Below, in pieces: positions 1 through 9,211 of a stretch of 32,000 bases of DNA; positions within the stretch are counted from its first letter, which is position 1; the number at the start of each line of letters is the position of its first letter. The stretch is from Candidatus Methylomirabilis oxygeniifera (lineage in GTDB: Bacteria; Methylomirabilota; Methylomirabilia; Methylomirabilales; Methylomirabilaceae): positions 1,680,001 through 1,712,000 of the forward strand of contig FP565575.1 of the NCBI GenBank assembly GCA_000091165.1, written 5' to 3'. Under the pieces are notes generated by a model. It made no database searches, was not told the DNA's origin, and saw only the letters and a list, made by a program, of their open reading frames with translations. Made by a program: the position numbers and the translations under genes.

Positions 1-1
1 C

Positions 2-877
2 ACTGACGACACTATTGATGCCGAAGACCAGGAGTCTCTCGAATTTGACGCCTCATCCGTCGAGCCGCTCTATCAACTCGATCTGACGGCGTTGATACCG
101 GGCACCATCATCATCGGACAAGGAATTGCACGCATTCGACATGCAAGCGTCGGCGATTCCCTCTTCTTTCTCGCGTTCGACGGCACCGTGTTGGATTTAC
201 GGATCGGCGGTTTTTTGTCCTCCAGATCGGAACTGGTGTCGTCCGATCTCATCTTGACGACCGAGGCGGACTTTCGACGGCTGTTTGGAATCCCTCACGA
301 CGCCGTAACGGACGTTACCGTATCGGTTCGAAACCCGAGAGAGATTCCAACTATTGCCGGGAAGATCGCGCGACTTCTGCCCGATGCCCGGCCCATTACT
401 CGGGACGAAATCCTGAGAACCTACGATTCAATCTTTAATTGGCGCGGGGGAATGATGCTCGTCATCCTGGCCTCCGCCGTACTCGCGTTTGTCATCTTTG
501 CATGGGACAAGGCCTCCGGCTTGAGCGCCGGGGAGAAACAGGAAATCGGCATTCTCAAGGCCATCGGCTGGGAAACCTCGGACATTATCGAGATGAAGTT
601 CTGGGAAGGAGCGGTGGTGTCGCTGACCGCCTTCTTCACCGGGGTCATCCTGGCCTATCTCCACGTCTTCTTTTTCTCGTCGGTGGTGTTTGAGCCGGCC
701 CTCAAAGGATGGTCGACCCTCTACCCGCAATTTCATCTGACTCCATTTATCGACGTCGGACAACTGACCACGCTCTTCTTCCTGACGGTAGTCCCCTATA
801 CCGCCGCCACCATCGTGCCGGTCTGGCGCGCCGCAACAATCGATCCCGATACGGCGATGCGCCGCACAGGGGAGTAA
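2..877 (+). CDS. FtsX/MacB-type ABC transporter permease, 5' truncated by the window edge
   Basis: The reading frame is open from base 2 (TDDTIDAEDQES...) through the listed start at 92 (TTG). C-terminal TM segments contain '...GEKQEIGILKAIGWETSDIIEMKFWEGAVVSL', typical of FtsX-family permeases. An ABC ATPase follows at once. Confidence 0.85.
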   Translation, partial: TDDTIDAEDQESLEFDASSVEPLYQLDLTALIPGTIIIGQGIARIRHASVGDSLFFLAFDGTVLDLRIGGFLSSRSELVSSDLILTTEADFRRLFGIPHDAVTDVTVSVRNPREIPTIAGKIARLLPDARPITRDEILRTYDSIFNWRGGMMLVILASAVLAFVIFAWDKASGLSAGEKQEIGILKAIGWETSDIIEMKFWEGAVVSLTAFFTGVILAYLHVFFFSSVVFEPALKGWSTLYPQFHLTPFIDVGQLTTLFFLTVVPYTAATIVPVWRAATIDPDTAMRRTGE

Positions 878-880
878 CCG

Positions 881-1561
881 GTGATCGAACTGATCAACGT
901 CACAAAAACCTTTAATGCCGGAACGCCGAGCGAATGTTCCGCTTTGAACGGGATTACCTTGACGATCAGCGACAAGATGGCGACGGTACTGGTCGGTCCA
1001 AGCGGGTCCGGCAAAACGACGCTGCTCACCATCATCGGCTGTATGGCAAGACCATCGGCCGGCCGCGTCACGCTCAACGGACGGGAAATTACCTCGCTCC
1101 CGGAACGGTTTCTGACCGAGATTCGACGCAAGACCTTCGGGTTCATTTTTCAGCAGCCGAACCTGATCAAAGGCATCACCGCGCTGGAGAATGTCATGTT
1201 GCCGGCGTACCCGGCCGGAACGGAACACGCGGCGCTCCGGGAACAGGCAATACGACTGCTCCAAGGGCTTCAGCTTTCCGAGAAGGCGGCATCGAAGGTC
1301 GAGTGGCTCTCCGGTGGGGAGGCGCAACGGGTCTCCATCGCCAGGGCGTTGATCAACAATCCGTCCGCCATTATTGCCGACGAGCCGACCGCGCACCTTG
1401 ACACAAGCTTGTCCCGCCGGTTTTTAGAGATTGTGGAGCGGTTCAAGGCGGAGGGGAAAACGATCTTGATGACCAGCCATGATCCGCTGATCTATCAGTC
1501 TCGCGTCGTCGATCGCGTGGTGCGGCTTCGAGATGGAAAGGTCGAAGAGGCAGGAGGATGA
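881..1561 (+). CDS. ABC transporter ATP-binding protein, LolD/MacB-like
   Basis: Walker A GPSGSGKTT, signature LSGGEAQRVSIARAL, Walker B AIIADEPT, GTG start 3 nt after the permease stop. Confidence 0.93.
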   Translation: MIELINVTKTFNAGTPSECSALNGITLTISDKMATVLVGPSGSGKTTLLTIIGCMARPSAGRVTLNGREITSLPERFLTEIRRKTFGFIFQQPNLIKGITALENVMLPAYPAGTEHAALREQAIRLLQGLQLSEKAASKVEWLSGGEAQRVSIARALINNPSAIIADEPTAHLDTSLSRRFLEIVERFKAEGKTILMTSHDPLIYQSRVVDRVVRLRDGKVEEAGG

Positions 1562-2553
1562 TTCTCCACCCGGCAGTCATCGCCAATGTCGTGTCCTCTT
1601 TGATTATCAGCGTCACGATCGTGTATGCGGCGGTGTACGGCGTACAGATTCTGTTGAAGTGGGATCTTCAAAGCGGCGATGAACTTCAGTTGCGTCTCGA
1701 ACGACGGACGTATCTGATTTCAACCCTGCTGAGCTTTATTTTAGTCCTGGAGCTGACGTCGCTGTTTCTCTTCGTCTTTACCGCGGATACCCTCTGCCCG
1801 CTCTTCGTCGGCGCCATGTGCGCGGCTGGAACGCTGAACGTGAATGCGTTCGGCTACCCCACCCTGTTGATGAAAATGGTCAATTTTCTTCTCGCCGGGC
1901 TCTGGCTTGTCCTCAATTATGCCGACAACCAGGCGTACGATTATCCGCTGATCAAAAAAAAATATCTGCTGCTGGCCGTCATCGCGCCGCTGAGCGTCCT
2001 AGAAACCTTCCTGGAAGGAACCTACTTTCTGAACCTGCGCGCCGATGTGATCACCTCGTGCTGCGGCAGCCTCTTCAGCAGCGAGCAGGTCAGTGGGATC
2101 GGCTCAGAACTCGCGGCGTTGCCGAGCCGGCCGATGATGTGGACGTTTTTCCTGGGGATGGGAGGCATGCTGCTGCTCGGGCTCTATTTCTACACTAAAG
2201 GCAAGGGGGGGTATCTGTACGCGCTTGCCACATGGGTCATGTTCGGCGTCTCGCTCGTCTCCATCATTTCATTTATCTCCCTCTATATCTATGAGCTGCC
2301 GACCCATCATTGTCCCTTCTGTATCGTCATGAAGGAGTACGGGTATATCGGCTATGCCCTGTATCTCCCGCTCTTCCTGGGGGCGGTCACCGGTGGCGGC
2401 ATCGGGACATTGATCCCGTTTCGACGCATAGAGAGTCTTCGCGCGGTTCTTCCGGCGCTGATTCGCAAATTGACCATCATCTCGCTGGCCGCCTACGCGA
2501 CCTTTACGGCAATTGTGATCTATGAAATCGTGGCATCGAATTTGATTCTTTAG
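1558..2553 (+). CDS. Polytopic membrane protein with conserved-looking Cys motifs (CPLF..MC, SCCG, HHCPFC)
   Basis: Overlaps the ATPase stop (ATGA). Multiple hydrophobic segments; motifs TLCPLFVGAMC, ITSCCGS, THHCPFCIV. Precedes two nosL-like genes. Confidence 0.75.
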   Translation: MILHPAVIANVVSSLIISVTIVYAAVYGVQILLKWDLQSGDELQLRLERRTYLISTLLSFILVLELTSLFLFVFTADTLCPLFVGAMCAAGTLNVNAFGYPTLLMKMVNFLLAGLWLVLNYADNQAYDYPLIKKKYLLLAVIAPLSVLETFLEGTYFLNLRADVITSCCGSLFSSEQVSGIGSELAALPSRPMMWTFFLGMGGMLLLGLYFYTKGKGGYLYALATWVMFGVSLVSIISFISLYIYELPTHHCPFCIVMKEYGYIGYALYLPLFLGAVTGGGIGTLIPFRRIESLRAVLPALIRKLTIISLAAYATFTAIVIYEIVASNLIL

Positions 2554-2572
2554 GGGAGGGATTTTGAGGGTC

Positions 2573-3106
2573 ATGAGAAAAAGACCGTTCATCGCCTATA
2601 CGGCGCTCGTCCTGATGGCGATCGCGCTGATGACGCTGGCGGCCGTCGACAACGCCGCATCGGCAGACCGTCGACAACGAGGTCTGACCAGGAGAGACAA
2701 GTGCCCGGTGTGCGGCATGTTCGTCTATAAGTACCCGAAATGGGTCGCCAAGATCGAGTTCCAGGACGGCCACGCTCATTTTTACGACGGCGCCAAGGAT
2801 ATGTTTAAACATTATATGAATCTGTCGAAATATACGCCCGGGAGATCGGACCACGAGATCGCGGCCGTCTTTGTCACCGACTATTATGCGGTCGAACTGA
2901 TCGAGGCCAAAACCGCCTTTTACGTCATCGGCAGCGATATCCTGGGCCCGATGGGACACGAACTGATCCCGTTCAAGGATGAAGCCTCGGCGAAGGAGTT
3001 CCTGGAGGACCACAAGGGAACGCGCATTCTGCGATTTGAAGAGGTGACAAAAGAGGTCATCGACGCACTGGACGCGGCCCAACAAGAGAGAGGGGGAAAG
3101 CGATGA
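2573..3106 (+). CDS. nosL: NosL family copper-binding protein
   Basis: N-terminal hydrophobic segment followed by DKCPVCGMFVYKYPKWVAKIEFQDGHAHFYDGAKDMFKHY and FYVIGSDILGPMGHELIPF. ATG at 2573 preferred over the TTG at 2564 because GGGGAGGG lies about 12 nt upstream of it. Confidence 0.85.
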   Translation: MRKRPFIAYTALVLMAIALMTLAAVDNAASADRRQRGLTRRDKCPVCGMFVYKYPKWVAKIEFQDGHAHFYDGAKDMFKHYMNLSKYTPGRSDHEIAAVFVTDYYAVELIEAKTAFYVIGSDILGPMGHELIPFKDEASAKEFLEDHKGTRILRFEEVTKEVIDALDAAQQERGGKR

Positions 3107-4479
3107 AGCAGATCTGGGTGTGTATCTTAGTCTGGGCGTGTCTCGGGTCGACTGTCGCGTTTGCGGACGACGCGGGTACAACGACTGCCGGCGAAAGGGA
3201 AGAGTGTCGGATCTGCGGCATGTGGATCGATCAATACCAACGGACCGCAGCGGAGCTGATCTACAAAGACGGTAGAAAAGAACATACCTGCGGAGTCGCC
3301 TGCATGTTCCGCATTCTGGACGAAGAAGGGGTAGACGCCTTTACCTCCATCACCGTTCGCGATTGGAAGACGGGCAATCGGGTGGATGCGCAGGATGCGA
3401 CGTATGTAATCGGAAGCCGCGTCATCCCGGAGATGATTCCGAACATTATTGCGTTCGAAAGCAAGGCCGCCGCTGAGACATTTCAAGCCCAGGAAGGCGG
3501 CGCATTGATCGACCTTGGGAGGGGTCTGCAAATCATCACACCACGCGGTCAGACGGTCCCGTTCCGGCTTCAGACCGCCGTCACAACGGGACGAGGATCG
3601 TTCGGGCTGGGAGCCGGGTTCGGGTACTTGCGAAGGGATGATATCAAGCTCGGATCGGACAGCCGCGATCCGCGCAAGTTTATCAGCAGCCGCGCTCAAC
3701 AACCACGCGCCCCCAGAAGGGTCGAATCGTACGGTCAATCGCTCTTCATTAATTATGGTATCACCGATCGCCTGGCAGTACTGGCGAATCTGCCGTACTT
3801 CGAAAGGGAAACCAGCCGGTTCGAAAAAAATCTGAAGACGGCTGAGATTACGACCATAGACGCCGATGCCGCCGGATTGGGCGATCTCGATCTTCGTTTT
3901 CGCTATAACCTGTGGCGGAATACCATTCAGGATACGTGGGTCACGGCAACATTGACGACAACCATCCCTACCGGGAGATTTAATAAGGCATTTATCGATA
4001 GCCCTGCTTTGCAGTCCGGGGCCGGCGCCCCATCGGTTGGTGGAGGGCTGCTCTTTTCTTACAGTTGGCGAGACCTGTGGTTTCACTCCTCTGCAACATA
4101 TACCGGCAGGCTACGAAACGGTGACGAATACAGGTTCGGCAACGAAGCGGCGGCCGGGGTGGCGGTCCATTATACGCCACGGTATGATGTCATGCTCGGG
4201 ATCGAGGCGGACGCGGTCCATGCTGAAAAAAATGAGTTTAAAGGGGTAACCGTCGGCAACACCGGGGGGACCAGAGTCAATCTTACGTTCGTTGCCGACT
4301 GGAGATTTCTCCTCGCGCTGGGCGGCAATTTTACGTTGCGGGCCGCCATGGGGTTGCCGATCCATGAAGATTTGAACCATCGCACGATCGGACCGAGAGA
4401 GCAGGTCCAGCTCGGTGGCGGCTATTTCGGCAACGTGGCCCTGACCTACGCCACTCGCTTTCCGTTTATTGAGGAGTGA
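3103..4479 (+). CDS. NosL-like domain fused to a putative C-terminal outer-membrane beta-barrel domain
   Basis: Signal peptide, then EECRICGMWIDQYQRTAAELIYKDGRKEHTCGVACMF...ATYVIGSR (NosL-like), then about 300 aa of amphipathic beta-rich sequence (GRGSFGLGAGFGYLRRDDI... ALTYATRFPFIEE). ATGA overlap with upstream nosL. Confidence 0.75.
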   Translation: MKQIWVCILVWACLGSTVAFADDAGTTTAGEREECRICGMWIDQYQRTAAELIYKDGRKEHTCGVACMFRILDEEGVDAFTSITVRDWKTGNRVDAQDATYVIGSRVIPEMIPNIIAFESKAAAETFQAQEGGALIDLGRGLQIITPRGQTVPFRLQTAVTTGRGSFGLGAGFGYLRRDDIKLGSDSRDPRKFISSRAQQPRAPRRVESYGQSLFINYGITDRLAVLANLPYFERETSRFEKNLKTAEITTIDADAAGLGDLDLRFRYNLWRNTIQDTWVTATLTTTIPTGRFNKAFIDSPALQSGAGAPSVGGGLLFSYSWRDLWFHSSATYTGRLRNGDEYRFGNEAAAGVAVHYTPRYDVMLGIEADAVHAEKNEFKGVTVGNTGGTRVNLTFVADWRFLLALGGNFTLRAAMGLPIHEDLNHRTIGPREQVQLGGGYFGNVALTYATRFPFIEE

Positions 4480-4607
4480 GGCTTATGTCGGCTCCTCCAT
4501 GTGTGTTTCCTACCTCGGACACATATTCAGTTTTTGTAGCATCCGTGAGCACGCATTAGTAGACACCTCTGCCGGAAAGGAGTAGAAAGTGACAGGTCGT
4601 TTCACCT

Positions 4608-4976
4608 GTGTTTCGTAATATCAAAGTGAACGGAGTCTTATCCGTGTCGCTCTCGAATAGGCTAATTCACAAATCTCGGTCGCTCACGCCCATTGCCGTA
4701 TCAGCACTTGGTCTCTATCTGCTGGTCAACGCGTTCCTCATTCTGTGTCTGGTTCATCCTCACAATACTCACCTCCAAGCTCAGGCCGATAGTCATCCCG
4801 TCTCAGTCTGTGCCTGGGTCCACAAAACAGTCGCCTCCCATGTCCCATCATCAGGAATTATCCTGCCCTTGGTGGCGGCCGGGCTACTCGCCTTCCTGCC
4901 ATTGCCGCAACGCAGTCCTGAGATCTTCCCGATCAAGCAGACCGGCCGCTCTCCACCCCTGCTCGCCTTCGTATAA
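4608..4976 (+). CDS. Small His-rich membrane protein, about 122 aa, hypothetical
   Basis: GTG-start ORF; hydrophobic segment, HPHNTHLQAQADSHPVSVCAWVHKT loop, then a second hydrophobic segment. Confidence 0.45.
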   Translation: MFRNIKVNGVLSVSLSNRLIHKSRSLTPIAVSALGLYLLVNAFLILCLVHPHNTHLQAQADSHPVSVCAWVHKTVASHVPSSGIILPLVAAGLLAFLPLPQRSPEIFPIKQTGRSPPLLAFV

Positions 4977-5608
4977 GTCTGTTCACTCAAGCCTCTACCG
5001 GTACGCACCGCAATTCTCTTATTTGAACCACAGCGCCTCGGCCTTTTCGAAGGCGTAGGCAGGTTTTAAGAACGAAGAATGTTGTCGTGGGCGCCTCGGG
5101 CTTAAGCCCAGGCCCGCCTCAGCCCCATTATATGTTTGCCCGCTATCCTCCTGCATAGAGAGGTCGACTACGCGGGAAGGACGAGGGAACTTGAGGTGTC
5201 ATCGTGAACAATACGCACGGCGGAAGATCGCATCGAACCACGAGCCGACGCATTTCCCACGAAAAGAAGGTCCACCCGTCGCCTGACTACTTTGGTGACG
5301 CCCTCCGCATCCTTGACAATGACCTCACGCTCCAGCCACAGCGCGAGCACCTGGTAGCGTTGTGGGGATTGGTGGTTGGCCTGTCGCGCAGGCTTACGCA
5401 GGCCTATGTTGAATGCCAGGATCATCGGGATTCGACTGCAAGCACACATCATTCGAGCACAGTCGATCAAGACATCCACTCCTCCGGACAAAGAGCGATA
5501 AGAACGGGCATGGGAACGATCTGACAGCGCTGCTTCCGCGCTCGCCCGCCTCTTCCTGCCGGGGTCGGGCCGATTCTCAACGGCAGGAATTCCTCCCTCG
5601 AATGCGAT

Positions 5609-5654
5609 GAGCCTCACCGGGACCGCCGTTCCTCTTCCGGCGGTCCCGAGGCTC
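5609..5654. promoter_or_regulatory. Strong GC-rich stem-loop upstream of the TonB receptor gene
   Basis: GAGCCTC-ACC-GGGACCGCCG / TTCCTCTTC loop / CGGCGGTCCC-GAGGCTC: 17 paired bases with one 3-nt bulge. Confidence 0.5.
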
Positions 5655-5765
5655 ACCGCAGCAAGCGGAGGATAGCGTGCGGCATCAAGCACTCTGCATG
5701 GTGAAACGCAATACATACGACACACGTAACTACGCAATCGACCTTTTCGAGGGAAGGAGACACGC

Positions 5766-8084
5766 ATGAAACAACGCGAACGTCAACGCACGCGCAGACG
5801 TACAGCGGCCCTTGTGGGGGTGGCCACACTACTCACATGGGGTGCCGTGGCACACGCAGAGGAAGAAAAGAAAACAGATGAGGTGACAACACTCAAGGAG
5901 GTAGTTGTCAGATCTACTGCTCTCAATGACGTCTTTGTGCCGTTGAATGCATCCGTCATCGATCAGACAACACTGCAGTCCATACCGCCGGCCACCAACG
6001 ACACGGCAACCCTTCTGAGAGATGTCCCCGGTGTCAGTCTGTACGGCGCCGGCGGCATTTCCAGCCTGCCGGTGATTCACGGCTTGGCCGACGACCGTCT
6101 GCGCATCAAGGTCGACGGCATGGATCTGATCTCCGCCTGCCCCAATCATATGACCCCGCCGCTTTCCTATATCGATCCGGCCGGCGTGGGGACCCTGAGG
6201 GTGTTCGCCGGTATTGCGCCGGTCAGCGTCGGCGGCGACAGCATCGGCGGCACGATTCTGCTGGAGTCCCCGGCGCCGGTATTCGCCGCACCCGGACAGA
6301 CCCCTCTGCTCACGGGCCATCTCAGCTCGTTTTATCGCAGCAATAACAAGGCGCGCGGCGGCGACTATTCGGCCACGTTCGCGACTGATAACTTCAGCGC
6401 CACTTATAACGGCTCGGTCATTCATGCCGACAACTACACGGCAGGCGGGAACTTCAAACCCGCCGGGCCGGCCGCTGTCGATAAGCCGGGGAACATTCTC
6501 GACGGCGATGAGGTTGGCGCCAGCGCCTTTAAGGCCGAAAACCACAACCTGGCCTTTGCGCTGAAACAAGGCAACCACCTATTCGAAGCGAAGTTTGGTT
6601 ACCAATATATCCCTGAACAGGGCTTTCCCAACCAACGCATGGATATGACCACCAATTCCGAGTGGCGTCAGAACCTGCACTACCTCGGCCAGTTCGGATG
6701 GGGCTCGCTGGATATCCGCGGCTATCATGAAATTGTCAACCACAAAATGGATTTCAGTGACGACAAACAATTTCTCTACGGAGCACCGCCGTTCGTCGCA
6801 CCGGGAATGCCGATGAAGACCGACAGCAGGAACATCGGCGGCTCGGTCAAGACCAACATCGACCTGACCAAGGAGCACACCCTCCGCGTCGGGGGTGAAT
6901 ATCAATATTACCGGCTGCACGACTGGTGGCCGCCGTCCCCCAAAGTCCTGCCGCCCGGCTACACATACGGCGGAATGGCGCCGGACACCTTCCTGAACAT
7001 CAATGACGGCACGCGTACGCGAGGGGCGGTATTTGCCGAATGGGAGGCGCGCCTGCATCCGCAGTGGCTGACGCTGTTGGGCGCACGATATGAACACGTC
7101 AAGATGACTGCCGACGACGTGCACGGCTACAACAGCGTCATGCCAAGTTACCAGTTTGCGGCAGAGGTCTTCAATGCCCGCGATCACGATCGCACCGACC
7201 ACAACTGGGACCTCACTGCGCTGACCCGCTATACGCCGACACCGATGCTGAGCCTCGAATTTGGCTACGCGCATAAGACCCGATCGCCGAACCTGTATGA
7301 ACGCTACCCCTGGTCCACGAACTCCATGGCGATGATCATGAATAACTTCGTTGGCGACGGCAACGGCTATGTCGGTAATCTGGATCTGGACCCGGAAAAG
7401 GCTCACACTATCAGCGGCACTGTCGACTGGCATGCCACGAATCGTACCTGGGAGTTTAAGGTCACGCCATACTACACCCACGTCACCGACTACATCGATG
7501 CGAAGCGTTGCCTGGGAAGCGGGAGCGGCATGAATTCGATGTGTGGCGGCCCGGCGAATAATACCGCAGTCAACAAGTTCGTCCTGCTTCAGTACGTCAA
7601 CCAGACGGCCCGGCTCTGGGGTGTCGACGTCTCCACCCATATGCCGTTGGCAAAGATCAACGGCATCGGCGAATTCAACCTTGCGGGACTGTTCAACTAC
7701 ACGAACGGCAAGAACCGCACGACCGGCGACGATCTCTACAACATCATGCCGCTCAACGGGAAGTTGTCGCTACGACATCAACTCGGCGGCTTCGACAGCG
7801 GTCTTGAGGTGGTCATGGCGAAGGGCAAGAACAACGTCTCTGATGTACGGAACGAAATCAAGACATCGGGTTATGTCCTCGCCAATCTGCGCGCTGGCTA
7901 TAGCTGGAAGATGATGCGACTCGATTTCGGGATCGATAATGTGTTCGACAAATACTACTCTTTACCGCTCGGCGGCGCCTATACCGGTCAAGGCGCAACC
8001 ATGGGCCTCAACTCAATCCCGTGGGGGACGGCCGTCCCCGGTATGGGACGTTCGTACAACACCAGACTGACCTATAGGTTCTGA
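5766..8084 (+). CDS. TonB-dependent outer-membrane receptor, OprC/NosA-like (probable copper receptor)
   Basis: Signal peptide; plug domain (LKEVVVRSTALNDVFVPLNASVIDQ...LLRDVPGVSLYGAGGISSLPVIHGLADDRLRIKVDGMDLISACPNHMTPPLSYIDP). C-terminal barrel ending in YNTRLTYRF. CxxxM in ACPNHM and HxM in NHKMDF match the copper-ligand pattern known for OprC. Confidence 0.88.
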   Translation: MKQRERQRTRRRTAALVGVATLLTWGAVAHAEEEKKTDEVTTLKEVVVRSTALNDVFVPLNASVIDQTTLQSIPPATNDTATLLRDVPGVSLYGAGGISSLPVIHGLADDRLRIKVDGMDLISACPNHMTPPLSYIDPAGVGTLRVFAGIAPVSVGGDSIGGTILLESPAPVFAAPGQTPLLTGHLSSFYRSNNKARGGDYSATFATDNFSATYNGSVIHADNYTAGGNFKPAGPAAVDKPGNILDGDEVGASAFKAENHNLAFALKQGNHLFEAKFGYQYIPEQGFPNQRMDMTTNSEWRQNLHYLGQFGWGSLDIRGYHEIVNHKMDFSDDKQFLYGAPPFVAPGMPMKTDSRNIGGSVKTNIDLTKEHTLRVGGEYQYYRLHDWWPPSPKVLPPGYTYGGMAPDTFLNINDGTRTRGAVFAEWEARLHPQWLTLLGARYEHVKMTADDVHGYNSVMPSYQFAAEVFNARDHDRTDHNWDLTALTRYTPTPMLSLEFGYAHKTRSPNLYERYPWSTNSMAMIMNNFVGDGNGYVGNLDLDPEKAHTISGTVDWHATNRTWEFKVTPYYTHVTDYIDAKRCLGSGSGMNSMCGGPANNTAVNKFVLLQYVNQTARLWGVDVSTHMPLAKINGIGEFNLAGLFNYTNGKNRTTGDDLYNIMPLNGKLSLRHQLGGFDSGLEVVMAKGKNNVSDVRNEIKTSGYVLANLRAGYSWKMMRLDFGIDNVFDKYYSLPLGGAYTGQGATMGLNSIPWGTAVPGMGRSYNTRLTYRF

Positions 8085-8141
8085 TTGGGCGCATCCGCCA
8101 AAACAGAGGTTCGGACACCTACACCACACAAGGAGAGAAAC

Positions 8142-9008
8142 ATGCGACGAGTACGAACCATCGCCTTTGCGGCCCTTCTGGCCGGGGCTTTCATCTCTGC
8201 CGATGCCTGGGCTTTTCCACACGCCAATATCCGATCGAAGGACACCCTTGATGCGTACACCGGCAGGAATTATCAGGAGGGGACCAGCGCGGTCCTGAGT
8301 ATTAACATAGGCCACGGTTGCACCCATTCAGGGGAGTCATATACGACCCGGCTGGTCACGGCGCTCTTCCCCAACAGTTCCAACCCGAATTTGAGCGGCA
8401 TCGCCTATACCACAGACGGCACAACGAACTATGAGGGCAACGCATTGTACGGAATCAAGCCCGTGGTCGATCAGAACTGGAAACAGATCCAGCCGATTAC
8501 AGGCACTGTCCCGACCTACTACAATCACGGCGCGAAAAGCACGGACGTTCGCGCCGTTCACTGGGAGTGGGGATACATCCCGGATAATTTCGCGGGGTAT
8601 GCGAATGTCAGCGTCAGTTTCCCGAAGTTTCAACCGAATACGTGCTACAACAAGATTCAAGTCGATATACCCGTGATACAGTACTGCCAGGCGGATTCGA
8701 AACACGCAGAGGATCATATGTGGAAACGGGACAGGATGAAGGCAAAAGGCGACTTTCATAGGGTCTATGCGTGGATGAAGGAGGCTACATCCGTGTTCCC
8801 GACCGAGACGATTGTCGCCCCCGGCTATGTCGCGTCTTTGACCATTGTCAGGAACCTCACCACCAACCCCTTGCCGGCATCCTGTGGAGGAACAGGACAG
8901 ACGATCGAGCTGTATCCGACAGCAGCCGAAATCGACATGTATTTGCCGCCCCTTGATGGCGACATCTCTGCCGGCAGCGGAAGCGGTGGCGGCGATCATA
9001 TGCATTAG
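8142..9008 (+). CDS. Secreted Cys/His/Met-containing protein, possible YcnI/DUF1775-like copper-associated protein
   Basis: AGGAGAG RBS before ATG 8142; signal peptide MRRVRTIAFAALLAGAFISADAWA; NIGHGCTHSGESYTTRLVTALFP; C-terminal tail GSGSGGGDHMH. Directly follows the copper receptor gene. Confidence 0.6.
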   Translation: MRRVRTIAFAALLAGAFISADAWAFPHANIRSKDTLDAYTGRNYQEGTSAVLSINIGHGCTHSGESYTTRLVTALFPNSSNPNLSGIAYTTDGTTNYEGNALYGIKPVVDQNWKQIQPITGTVPTYYNHGAKSTDVRAVHWEWGYIPDNFAGYANVSVSFPKFQPNTCYNKIQVDIPVIQYCQADSKHAEDHMWKRDRMKAKGDFHRVYAWMKEATSVFPTETIVAPGYVASLTIVRNLTTNPLPASCGGTGQTIELYPTAAEIDMYLPPLDGDISAGSGSGGGDHMH

Positions 9009-9211
9009 GATCTGTTACCCCACCTCTACAGCTGTAACCCTGCCGTTGGCAAGAGCTGGAGGAGTGGGAATCCGCTTGCACCATTTGATCACCTATTGAC
9101 AGATATTGACACTTGAAAAATCCTCGTGGTAGAGTTGTCGTGCTCCTCCACCATTACGGTGTCGGCAGCATCGAGGGAAGACGAACAACTTGTCATGAGG
9201 AGGAAGTCAGG

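Noticed and set aside
428-1396. 322-aa minus-strand ORF
   Set aside because: Antisense to the ABC permease and ATPase, which have strong motifs.
3127-4086. 319-aa minus-strand ORF
   Set aside because: Antisense to the NosL-barrel fusion gene; no motif of its own.
5168-5767. Overlapping ORFs on both strands (5168..5767 - and 5204..5524 +)
   Set aside because: Neither has a convincing RBS, domain or composition. The region may be decayed DNA or an RNA leader, so not listed as CDS.
6579-7640. 353-aa minus-strand ORF
   Set aside because: Antisense to the TonB receptor; shadow ORF.
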